Part shown: piece after piece, positions 27,835 to 40,100 of the stretch
Position numbering within the stretch: position 1 is the stretch's first letter
How the letters are laid out: every line of letters starts with the position of its first letter
Assembly (NCBI GenBank): GCA_047967505.1
Contig: CM106538.1
Source of the DNA: Dipteris shenzhenensis
Lineage: Eukaryota
DNA: 64,000 nt
Direction: 5' to 3' (one strand)
The notes under the pieces: model-generated
Told to the model about the DNA's origin: nothing
The model's input: only the letters and a program-made list of their open reading frames with translations
Databases searched by the model: none
Translations under genes and position numbers: made by a program

Positions 27835-28983
27835 TGTGACGCTCCAATTTTGTATATGAAATATTTTGGAGTATATATCACAGATAGTGTTCAAAAAGGA
27901 TGGTTTTGATGTTTTAAAGGTTTTGGGAAAGTTTGGTGTTGGTCGAAAAATTTTGGTTTTTGTCCATTATGGTGTCGGCTGGATTTTGCGGCTTGATTTG
28001 AGTTGGTTAGAGAAATAATTTGAAGAAACTCTATATGAGAGAGTTTTAGATTTTGTTGAGTAGAAAAACTTTGTCCTGGTGAAAAATTTGTGGTTCACTC
28101 GTTTGCATGCCTGTATGGAGGTCAGAAGTTGCTAACAAAGTGGTTTTGAGCTAAAAGTGCATCTAGATTTCCGTGTCAAGAGTTGCAGGCATTAGACGGA
28201 GGTCGAGATGGAAGAGTTAGCCATGAAAGGTCAAATGCAAAAGGGAAAGAAGAGGGTCCGATCTTCGAGATGAGCTATTGAGCTTGTCCATTGGATCTAC
28301 GAGGCAGGCGTGGTGATGCTCCGAACAGGGCTGTTTTCATGCCTTTAAAAAACAAAAAGAAAAAAAGAAAAAAAGAGACACGTCGAGATTCCGTACGCGT
28401 TTGCTATCATAAGCGCACGCTAAAAGAAGGTGAAAAGCACACGCACGCTTTTGGAGAAAAGCTATTTTTGGCCGATTTTGGAGGCTTTTGGCCGCTTATT
28501 TTGGAGTCGTGAAAGGCTATAAAAGAAGAGGAGATCGTGAGAAGGAGAACACACAATCCAACGCATGCATATCGAGGCTGAGCGAAAGAGAAGAGAAGGC
28601 ACACATCTCGAGGTTGCTCGAGCGAAGAGAAGGCATGCATATCGAGGTGCTGCGAAAGTGACAATAGCGCACGCGAATCGAGGCAGTGCAAAGAAGAAGA
28701 TAAGATCAAGATATTTTGAGAGAGAGAGTGAGAGTGAGAGTGAGTGTGATTGAGATTTGATCATTGGATCATCTAATTTGAACATCTTCATGCGAGTGGG
28801 AGTGAGAGTGAGATATCTCGGGGGTGGACGGGTGGTATCGAGCTCCTTCACGGAGTGATTCTTCTCCAAAATTATTGTAAATACTCATCAGTTTGATTCA
28901 TACTGCAATCTTTCTTCTTGTTCATTCGTGATTATTATCTTGCTACAATTTTGATTGTGATTGTGAAAGAACGATGCGTGACA
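27835..28983 (+). repeat. 5' LTR (1149 bp)
   Basis: Direct repeat of 48265-49408 with scattered substitutions. Contains the TATA-like ctataaaag. Confidence 0.97.
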
Positions 28984-28985
28984 AG

Positions 28986-28997
28986 TGGTATCAGAGC
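28986..28997 (+). promoter_or_regulatory. Primer-binding site (initiator Met tRNA)
   Basis: TGGTATCAGAGC 2 nt after the LTR end. Confidence 0.95.
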
Positions 28998-29072
28998 ACG
29001 GTTTCGATGGTAGACAACGAGGGAATTATGAAGAAACTAGAAGAATAAGATTCTTTGATTCGAAGGCTAACC

Positions 29073-32000
29073 ATGGAATTAAATAGATTGTCCAAAGGAA
29101 AAGGCGTAGCGGATGATGGAGCTAGTGGTGGTGATGCTGGCAGAAATTTAGAAGATGAAGAGGTCTATGTCGAGCTTGCTGCCGGGGTACCGAGCCGAAG
29201 GTGACAAAGAGGTGAGGAAGATGTTGCCGAATCTGCTCTTTTGCAAGTTTTAAGAAAGCGAAACTCTCTGAATTTGATGGTGAGAAGAAGACCGGGGAAG
29301 ATTTGGAAGCGTGGCTCGAAGAACTTGAAGATTTCTTTGCTCTACGAGAGTTTGATGAAGCGGGAAAGACTAAGATCGCGGTACTACAGTTACGTGGAGT
29401 TGCAAAACTATGGTGGAAGTCGCATGTGCAAATCCGACAACATCAAGATCAACCCATCACATGGGCTGAATTCAAAACTGCAGCTGAAAAGTGGTATTGT
29501 TCTCCACATTATTATATGGAAAAGAAGATGGAGTTCTATAATTTTAAGCAAGTACAAGAGGGAAAACATAATCTTTCTATGGATGAGTATAAAGAGAAGT
29601 TCCTGCGATTACATAAGTACGCACCTGAGGTCACAGGTGAAGCTCTTACTCACAAATTTGTGGAAGGGCTTAAGGAAGATCTTTTATATATGATGAAAGG
29701 AATAGGATCAAGTGATTTCTTGGATGCTATGGCTAAGGCTGAAAACTTTGAAAAGATGGAAGAATATAACCTAAGAAAGATAGAAAAATCAAAGTTCATT
29801 CCAACAGGTCATCGTTTTTAAGGGTCACAAGGTTCAGGTATGCCTCAACGAAAACCTGATTATTCGAATATGCCTAGATTTCAAGAGAGGAGTAGCCAAC
29901 CTGGGTACAACCAAGTGGGAAGGCCAAACTTCAATAACCGAAATTAGAATCAGAATCAAAATCAAAATCAAAGAAATAAAGGAGTTTTAAATCAGAAAAC
30001 CCGAGAAAACGCACCTTGGAAAAGTGATCGAGAGTTTATTGAATGGGCAAGAAGATTGGGATTATGTTTTAGATGTGGTGAGCAAGGTCATCAAACATTT
30101 GAGTGCGTGAATAAAGAAAAATTTAATTTTATGAAAGGACCAATGATGGGAGCAAAGACAAATCAGACGAATCCAACCATCGACGAAGCGGGGGACAAAG
30201 GTAAGTGCTTGGAACCTATGAAATGTATGGCATCTTCCACAACTCATATGCATGCGTCTGTGATTAAAACAAAACATAAGTTTTCTTATTGACTCCAGTA
30301 GCACTCATTGTTTTATATCCACGAAATTCCTCAAGACTCTAAACCTAGAAATTAGGGATCAAGTCAGAAGACTAGTCCAACTTGCTAATGGAAAATTAAA
30401 TTATACTCAAGGGCTTCTAGAAAATCTTTTAGTTTAGCACAGAGGAAGAGTAAGGGAGATTTTTATGTTATTGAGATGGGGAAGTGTGACGCTATTATTG
30501 GAATGGATTGGTTAAATGTAAACAAAGCAGTTATTGATTGTGGAGAGAGGACCGTTAGTTTTCTTAATGAAGATGGTAAAGATAAAATTATTCAAGGAGA
30601 AGAAAGAGATAGTAAACCTTCTCTCATATCAGCCATGAAATTGCTGTGAGGAGTAAGGCAGGGCTGTGACACATTCCTCGTCTTTGCTGATAAGTTAAAG
30701 GAGGGAAGTGAAGATGAGACAATACCACACTATGTTACAAAACTCCTTGAAGAATTTTCCGATGTGTTTCCTGATGATTTACCTAGGATGCCACCGCCTA
30801 GACATCTTCACCATGCTATAGAGTTAAAACCAGGCACAAGTCCTTATTGTCGGGCTCCCTATAGATTTAATGTGGATGAACTAAAGGAGTTAAATCTTCA
30901 ACTGAATGACTTGTTAAAGAAAGGGTTTATAAAACCTAGCGTTTCTCCTTGGGGTGCTCCAGCCTTATTTCAAAAGAAAAAGGATGGAACTTATAGGCTT
31001 TGCATTGACTATAGAGGATTGAATCGGCATACTATAAAGAATAAGTACCCTCTACCTCACATTGATGAATTGTTGACTCAATTGAATGGTGCCACAGTGT
31101 TCTCTAAAATTGATTTGCGATCTGGTTACCATCAGATTCGTATTAAGGAGGAGGACATTCCTAAAACTGCTTTTAGAACTCGCTATGGCCATTATGAATT
31201 TACTGTGCTTGCTTTTGGCTTGACCAATGCACCCGCTACCTTCATGTGTCTAATGAATGATGTATTCCGTGAGTATTTAGATGAATTCATTCTAGTTTTT
31301 TTGGACGACATTTTTGTATATTCCAAGAATGGGGAACAACATGAACAACATTTAAGGAAAACACTTGAAAAGTTACGGGAGCATAAACTTTATGGGAAAA
31401 AGAGCAAATGTTTCTTCGCTAAAGACAAGCTTGTGTATTTGGGTCGTGTGATTTCAAAAGATGGTATTCATATTGATCCTGACAAAGCAAGCTTATTTCA
31501 GAGTGGCCTAGACCGAAAAATATAAGGGAGGTAAAAGGCTTTATTGGCTTAGCACAATATGAGAGAAAACATATCAAAGATTTCTAAAAAATAGCCTCTC
31601 CACTTACTGATTTGACAAAACTTGACAAGCAGTTTATATGGACGGAGAAATGTCAACAAGCTTTTGATACTATGAAAGACAAAGTGGCTGAAAATTGTGT
31701 TCTCAAGATACCCCAGATGGGTAAACCTTTTGTAGTGACATGTGATGCTAGTGGTACCCAACTTGGATGTGTACTTTCTCAAGATGGTCGTGTAGTGGAA
31801 TATGAGTCTCGAAAATTAAGGAAGCATGAAGAGAACTATCCCACGCATGATCTCGAATTGGCTGCTGTTGTTCATGCATTGAAACATTGGAGACACTTTC
31901 TACTTGGTGTAAAGTTCGAACTTCGAACGGATCATGAAAGTTTGAAGTACCTCTTCACTCAACCATTATTGAATAATAGGCAAAGAGGATGGATGAATCT

Positions 32001-33544
32001 TCTTTCCGAGTATGACTTTGAGATTAAGTACATTGAGGGAAAGGAGAATAGGGTGGCTGATGCTTTAAGTAGAAGACCTTTCGTGAATGCCATCACCCTT
32101 ATTCGTTCCGATCTTGGAGAAAACATTAGAAATGAACTTGAACATGATGTTTCTTATGCACCTATTCTTCAAAAGATTGCTCAAACACCTTGTGAAAAGA
32201 TTGAAGGAAAGTCTCATTTGGTGAATGGTAATTTATATTGCCATGATAGACTTTGTGTACCATGTGATTCACCTTTGAGATGGAAAATCTTGTATGATTG
32301 TCACGATGCTCCATTTTCGGGACATGTTGGATATAACAAAACATACAGCAAGGTTCGAAAATCATTTTATTGGCCTACACTAAAGCATGGTGTTCATCGT
32401 TATGTCCAAGAATGCTTACAATGTCAACAAGTGAAGGTGGAACAACATAAGATGCCTGGTAAGATGCAACCTTTGGATATACCTTTCAGGAAGTGGGAAT
32501 CAATATCCATGGATTTTATTACTAAACTACCTACAGCTCGAGGGGGATATGATACCATTTTTGTCATCGTTGATCGTCTTACTAAAATGGCACATTTCTT
32601 TCCTATGAAAAAGACTGATGGTGCTCTTGAGGTAGCTAAGTTGTTTGTGAAAGAAATTTTCCGATTGCATGGGATGCCTAATAGTATTGTGTCAGATAGG
32701 GATTCCAAATTTACTTCTAATTTTTTGGAAGGTCACATTCAAAGCAATTGGGACGGAGCTTAAGATGAGTACAGCTTTTCACCCACAAACAGATGGAGAA
32801 ACTAAAAGGGTTAATCGCGTACTTGAGGATATGCTTCGAATGTATGTTAATGAGAAGCAAACAAATTGGACTGAATTCCTATCCTTAGCTGAGTTTGCTT
32901 ATAATAGTTCATGGCATAGCTCCATTCAAATGACTCCATTTGAAGCCATGTATGGTCAGAATTTCCACACTCTTGTGAATTTTGCAGATCCTCAAAATAG
33001 AGTCGAAGTGTCTAGACAAATGCTTGAGAGGATGGATGAGGAAGTGAAACTGATTCGGGAGAGCATTCAAAGAGCACAAGACATGCAAAAGCATTACTAT
33101 GATAAGAAGCGGTCTTTCCATGAATTTCAGATTGGGGAGATGGTATCTCTGAAAGTAATACCTAAACGCAGTAATCTAATCCTTGGGAAGGATAGAAGAC
33201 TCTCACCTCATTTCGTAGGACCTTTTCAAATCTTAAAGAGGGTGGGAACGCTTGCATATCAACTTGAACTGCATGAGAACATAAAAGTGCATCCTGTTTT
33301 CCATGTCTGTTTATTGAAATCTTATGTTGCCAACCCAACTCATATTTTTCAGGACAAGTCTAGGATCATGGAGGATGGGACTTTGAAAGTCGAACCTGAA
33401 TATATATTAGATAGGAACACGAAGCGGCTTAGGAATAGAACAATAGAAGAAGTTTTGGTTAAGTGGGATGCTTATCCTGTAGAAGATGCTTCCTGGGTAG
33501 ACTTAGATGCCTTACTTAATGAGTTTCCTTCATTTAAACTCTGA
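29073..33544 (+). pseudogene. Gypsy gag-pol (gag, CCHC knuckle, protease, RT, RNase H, integrase, chromodomain), disrupted by stops and frameshifts
   Basis: gag 29303-29821; CFRCGEQGHQTFEC knuckle; protease remnant near 30285; RT with [11 protein letters not shown] and FLDD (30764-31525); RH/INT with HHCC and SISMDFITKLP (31612-32763); GPF motif and chromodomain EVLVKWDAYPVEDASW (to 33544). Confidence 0.95.
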
Positions 33545-33546
33545 GG

Positions 33547-33573
33547 AACACACTATTCAAAATTTTTGGACTT
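33547..33573 (+). repeat. Left TIR AACACACTATTCAAAATTTTTGGACTT
   Basis: Exact reverse complement of 48209-48235. Confidence 0.95.
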
Positions 33574-33898
33574 TCTCTCTTGGTTTGGACTTTTTTTTGG
33601 AGCATATCCTTTCCACTCAACTTCACTTAGTGAGCTAAAAAATTGGGTTTTTTGAGCACTTAATGGGTCACTTATATACAAATATGGCCTTATTAAGCTA
33701 GTAAAAAGTCAAGTGGTAACCTCTAATTTTAAAAAAAATGGCTCGCTGAAGCTATAATTCCCAAACTCATGCATGGTGCCTCCATCCAATAACTATAATA
33801 ATAATAATAGTAGTCTCCTAACTCAAGTTCAATTTTAACACTATGAAGTGAAAATATGACACCATATGAAAAGAGTTTGTTGAATTCAACATATAAGT

Positions 33899-34158
33899 GG
33901 TGTATAGATACACCATTTAAAAAAAAAAAAAGAGTTTGTTGAATTCAATACATAAGTGGTGTATAGATACACCCTTTTTTAAAAAACAAACCATACAATA
34001 AATTATCTTATTGGTGGTGTATAGATACACCATTTGTATGGAAAAAAGCATACAAAACATTATCTTATGCATCTGAATCTCGTTATTGGTGGTGTATAGA
34101 TACACCATTTGTATGGAAAAAAGCATACAAAACATTATCTTATGCATCTGAATCTCGT
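33899..34158. repeat. Left subterminal repeats carrying the palindrome GGTGTATAGATACACC (4 copies)
   Basis: Copies at 33899, 33958, 34016 and 34091. Includes a ~75-bp tandem duplication overlapping the transposase stop. Confidence 0.85.
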
Positions 34159-37100
34159 TCAGAGTCATCAGACTCATGTAATGTATTTGAGCTTGATGGG
34201 TCAAGTCTTGCCAAATGATGTTTAATATGGACACGACTTGGATCAGGGATTGTGATACATTTTTCAACATTGTATCCATGCTTCTTTTTAAAACTTCGTG
34301 TCCTCGATTTCCAACAATGAATAATGCTACTGACTTCCACCTCTGTTAATCCCTCATTATTTGGAACCCATTCACGTTTCTTTTGCAAGCATCCCTCATA
34401 GAGTTGTTTTATTGTATATCTTCTCGGGAGATTTTTTAATGGCTTTGGTTCATACCATAAAGCTGTAAATGTTATAGGAGTTCCCTTGTCATCCCTTTCT
34501 ATCTTAGTAACCTTTGCAACCCAAATTGGGCCACCTTGGTCATCCAACTCTGAACCCGGATCACATGCCCAAACTGCAACAAATAGACCCTCTTCAATCT
34601 CATTACATGGTATAAACTCTGGTAAGGGTTTGTCTCCCTTCCTGCCACAATATTTTCGAGGTAAAAGGCATTCCTCTGCTTCCTCCATATCTACTAACAT
34701 ATTTATATCCAAAGGAAAACTTGGTGACCTAGCTTGTTCCGGCCAAAAGGATTCAGAGTATTCAATGCTCATTAAGTTTTCTTGTCTTTCTAAAGATTGG
34801 ATAAGTGCTTTAGTTGATTTAATTGTCTCCAAATTCTTAGTTGATTGCTCAGGATATTTCTGCATCATACTTTGAAGATGTTTAATGAAGGCTTTCAAGC
34901 CTTTCATTTCATCTATGTCAAGTGATTTGTTTTTTGCAAGAACAAATCTAGTTTCCTCCAATGGAATTATTCGTTGTAACAAAGCATATGACTCACTCCA
35001 TAAATGATCTCCATCTACTGAGTAGTGCTTCCATTGCATCACTGGAATATTGTTATGCATGTGAAACTGAAAGTAGTGTGGATTTGTGTGTCCTATTAGG
35101 GCATCATCTCCTGTTTGTAAATGTGGCTCTATAAATGCTCTCCAATCTACCATCCTCTCTAAGATAGCCACTTCTGATTCTTCCTTACGAGAACCTCCAA
35201 TTTTTTTCCCAATTCGAAATAGCATATCCTCCATTGTCAAAACATCCATTGCCTTCAACTCACCAGAGATAACACTGAAGATTTGATCTATGTCTTCATG
35301 TGTATGGCCGACAAGAAGAAAGCCAACTTCCACTTCTTCAAATATTTTCAGACCAACCAACATAGAGCATAAAGCAAATATATATTTATTCTTGTTCTCT
35401 CTCCAATAATTATCAGCTTGTATTCGCAATGTGTTAGGCAAACATCCGCGAGCATCTCTGACCTTTCTTATTGCTTTCATGATTGATGTAACAACCTGGT
35501 TACTATCATGGTCATGCAAACTATCAATCCATACATCACAAAATATTCGGTATCCATGTACTAATACTCCACACAAGTGTGTTTTTAGTCCACGTTTGCC
35601 CTCCAATGCCGGTGGGATACGTCTATATCGTGGCAAAGTGGTTGTATTCTGGTCCATGCCATCAATGGTGATGCACATGGACTTATTGACATGTGAAATA
35701 GCTTCCTCTCTCCAAGAAGCATACAACTTTCGAGCATCCTGCACATGACGTAAATGGATTGATCGCCATTTAATATATCTTCCTCGCTGCTGCTCACATT
35801 TACTATGTTCAATGGCATTTTTTAATTCATCACATGTCTTACATTTTGACATCCTTTGCTTTGATGGTGTCTTGACATGGCAAAAATCTCTACGCCAAAT
35901 TTTGTACAAGGTTGATCGTGAAATCATGCTCTCGTCTCTGTCTTGTAAAGTTTTATTGACAGTCTCTAGGACGACCTTCTTTGGCATTGGCATTCGACAC
36001 GTCCATCTAGCATTGTTTGTTGAAGATGAGGCTGTGGTAATGCATGGTCTTCGAGAACTTGCTTTAATGTTGCGGTTGCATTTATAGTGCTTCCATGGCA
36101 TTTAAGCTTGTACGTATTTCCATGAATTGTATGAATAACTTTTTCTTTCACCTCTGCCCAGATGGTCCAATATGTGCCATGTGATAGTCCAGTTAACCAT
36201 TGATATCCTCGATTGCAAATGGGTCTCCCATTAACCATGGGTTTCAATCTAGGTTTACAGTGTCCTGTGCTCAAATCTTGATTAGTGCCTTGATGAAGAA
36301 AGCATGAAAACTCTTGAAGAAGATAGTTATGTCTATTAGGCGCTGTCTTACTCCAAATACCAAGGCGTATGGCTGCACAATCATCTTTCCCAACTTTTCT
36401 AATGCAAAGTCTCTTGCAACAAACTCGCATAAGCATCCTTTCCATATTCTCCTCGGATAGCATCACATGTCTCTTTGGTTCTGGAATTGATGCCATGATT
36501 CTTCGCCTCTTCACACTCACATACTTTCTTTTTGTAAATAGTGTCTTGCGTTTTCTAGTTGTAAGACCATCAAACCTCGAATCCATTTCCCTTGAATCTT
36601 CATCTTTATAATCAAATGCTGTGTAGGCTTGAGAATTATTTGATACCTTATAATATCTTGGAAATGGCAATCTGGTCGACATGTTCATTGATGTCAATTT
36701 GTTGCTAATGCCTCTTGAATTTTGTGGTTGAACTGTTTCTCCTTCGTAACTCAAGATTCTCCCATCTATATTCTCTGGCATGCTAGCAACAATATTCTCA
36801 GATTCTCTGCCCCTTTTGCCTTGTATTGGAGTGGTAACATCATGATCATTGTCACTAATATCATCAATTCCTGTTATTGCATCACTTATCCCATTGATCT
36901 TTGCGTGTATTTTTCTTTGTGGTCCCATCTTATTATTTTCAACACATCTTCTGTCTTTTATATCAATAAGCATGTTTGAGTCACTTGCAGCACAAGACAA
37001 GTCTTCTATACCAGTGAGCCTGTTTGAGTCACTTGCAACACAGGATAAATCTTCTATACCAGTGAGCCTGTTCGAGTCACTTGCAACACATGACAAGTCT

Positions 37101-40100
37101 TCTATACCAGTGAGCCTGTTCGAGTCACTTGCAACACAAGACAAGTCTTCTATACCAGTGAGTATATTTGAGTCACTTGCAACACAAGAAACCTTTTCTG
37201 CATCAACATCTGTTACTATAATGTCCTCGATACCTGTGAGCATGCCACTATGATACTCTTGATTACTACTATAGCTTCTTATCAATTTGGATCCCATTTG
37301 TGTTATAGTCTTTTTCTTCTGATAATATTCTGTTGTGTCTTCCATGACATTGAAGGAAACTGTCTTGGGCAAACTTGATTTCAAGAAAGCTAACCCCCAT
37401 TTACAAGTACTATGAACTTGTAGTTGAGACGTAGTATTATGGACGTCTAATTGTGAAGTACTATCCATTGCATTTTGAATGACACCTGCACTAGTCAACT
37501 TAATTATCTCCACTATACAGAGAAAACTCTGAGCATAGCCCTTAAAGTTGCCAATTGCTAAAACTTCTCCGAAGCGAGATAACATCTGTACTTTTTCCCC
37601 CTGGATATAAGTTTTCTTGATATCTTGAAAGTATGTCTTTGGAACAATTTCGTCTTGGTCCCAGAGTGTTCTGTGTGCTTGCATATCAAATATATCACAT
37701 TGTAAGATATCTCCCAATGTTTCAAAGTCTCCATGTGGATATTTTAAATGTACTTCAGGATTTACAACGTTGGTGATTATCACTACACATCTTCTCTCAC
37801 CACAACGTTGAAAATGACACACATTCATAGGATCAAGACTATGAATTCGTCCAAAAGCCACCACTTCATTCTTCTCATATAACACCACATCCATACCCTC
37901 TGTTAGGGTGAATACCTGTTTTATGTATAAAAGTAAATTAGCAACTCAAAATGAACATTTAATAAATAACCATTGAGCTTATTATTACTTAATAACTTCT
38001 ATATCAAAACTAGCAGAGAAGGCATTAACCTAAACCCTACATCCTAAACTTTAAATAATTAATACCAAAACATCTTAACCACCGTAAATCCTAAACTTTA
38101 AACATTTAATTCTTAAACCCTAAATCCTAAACCCTAAAAATATAATCATAAACACTAAACCCTAAACACTAAATCTTAAATCCTAAGCCCTAAATCCTTA
38201 ACCCTAAATACTAAACCCTAAACCCTAACCTAAAATACAATCAAAATTTTATGATTTTTCTCGATTTGTACAACATGTTAGATATACCCCCAACTCAAGC
38301 AACACGTTGGGGGGTATATCCGACCTGTTGCACAAATCTAGAATTTTCTCGATTTGTGCAACAGGTCGGATATACCCCCCAACCTGTTGCTCAAGCAACA
38401 GGTTGGGGGATATACCTGCAACCTGTTGCTTAAGCAACAGGTTGGGGGGTATATCCAACCTGTAGCACAAATCGAGAATTTTCTCGATTTGTGCAATAGG
38501 TTGGATATACCCCCAACCTTGTTGCTCAAGGTTGGGGGGTATATCCTACCTGTTGCACAAATCGAGAATTTTTTCGATTTGTGCAACAGGTTGGATGTAC
38601 CCCCCAACCTGTTGCTCAAGCAACAGGTTGGGGGATATACCCACAACCTGTTGCTTAAGCAACAGGTTGGGGGGTATATCCAACCTGTTGCACAAATCGA
38701 GAATTTTCTCGATTTGTGCAAGAGGTTGGATATACCCCCAACCTTGTTGCTCAAGGTTGGGGGGTATATCCTACCTGTTGCACAAATCGAGAATTTTCTC
38801 GATTTGTGCAACAGATTGGATATACCCCCCAACCTGTTGCTTGAGCAACAGGTTGGGGTATATCCAACTTGTTGCATGAATCAAGTTGGATATACTCCAA
38901 CATGTTGCACAAATCGAGAATTTTCTTGATTTGTGCAACAGGTTGGATATACCCCCAACCTGTTGCACAAATCAAGAAAATTCTCGATTTGTGCAACATG
39001 TTGGAGTTACTCCCCAACCTGTTGCTTGAGCAACAGGTTGGGGGGTATATCCGACCTGTTGCACAAATCAAGAATTTTCTGGATTTGTGCAACATGTTGG
39101 ATATACCCCCCAACCTGTTGCTTGAGCAACAGGTTGCGGGTATATCCCCCAACCTGTTGCTTGAGCAACAGGTTGGGGGGTATATCCGACCTGTTGCATA
39201 AATCGAGAAAATTTTCGATTTGTGCAGCAGGTCGGATATACCCCCAACCTGTTGCTTAAGCAACAGGTTGGGGGTATATCTAACATGTTGCACAAATCGA
39301 GAAAAATCATAAAATTTTGATTGTATTTTAGGGTTAGGGTTTAGGGTTTAGTATTTAGGGTTAAGGATTTAGGGCTTAGGATTTAAGATTTAGTGTTTAT
39401 GATTATATTTTTAGGGTTTAGGGTTTAGGATTTAGGGTTAAAAATATAGGGTTTAGGGTTTAGATTTTAGGGTTTATGATTATTGTTTTAGGGTTTAGGA
39501 TTTAGGTTTTAAGGTTTAGTATATAAGATCATGAGCTTAGAGTGTAGAATCTAGGGTTTAGAATTGAGAATTAGGTTTTAGAATTTAAGTTATAGGGATT
39601 AGGATTTAAGGTTTAGGAATTATAACTATTATATAAGTTTAAGAGCTTAGATTATATAACCTAAGATTTAGGAAACTTTAGGATTTAAGATTTAGGGTGT
39701 AAGATTTAAGATATATAGACTATATAAAATATGCATTCTAAAGTATTTAGTTTAGATATATATAGACTATATGTTATATGCTTTCCAAAGTGTTTTGTTT
39801 ATAGGTATGATACATTGCAAAGGCTTTACTTTAAGTAAGTATAAGTCTACCTAGTCAAAGTAGGATCAAAGTATCCTACTGATTAGGGACAAGCACATAG
39901 GCTAAAAGCACACCGATTCATATTTTTTTACATTCATGCTGCATGGTGTATCAAAAGGTACGATCCTTTGCAAAGGCTTTACTTTAAGTAGTTACAAGCC
40001 TACCTACTCAAAGTATCCTACTGATTAGGAACAAGTACATAGGCTAAAAGCACACCGATTCGAAGAAGTGATGTATGCACACTGATTAGGAAGAAGTGCA

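Noticed and set aside
28291-28869. Short ORFs repeated at 48720-49294
   Set aside because: They lie within the two LTRs and repeat only because the LTRs do; there are no protein motifs.
33551-33555. CACTA-superfamily assignment from the CACTA string in the TIR
   Set aside because: CACTA is 3-4 bp internal to the inverted-repeat end, no 3-bp TSD flanks it, and the catalytic core is not Transposase_21-like.
38249-39310. Overlapping repetitive ORFs on both strands
   Set aside because: By-products of the palindromic repeat; the same peptides appear on both strands.
38027-39710. True telomere or chromosome-fusion scar
   Set aside because: The repeats are degenerate and internal to a TIR element. 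Their orientation (CCCTAAA left, TTTAGGG right) is opposite to an end-to-end fusion.
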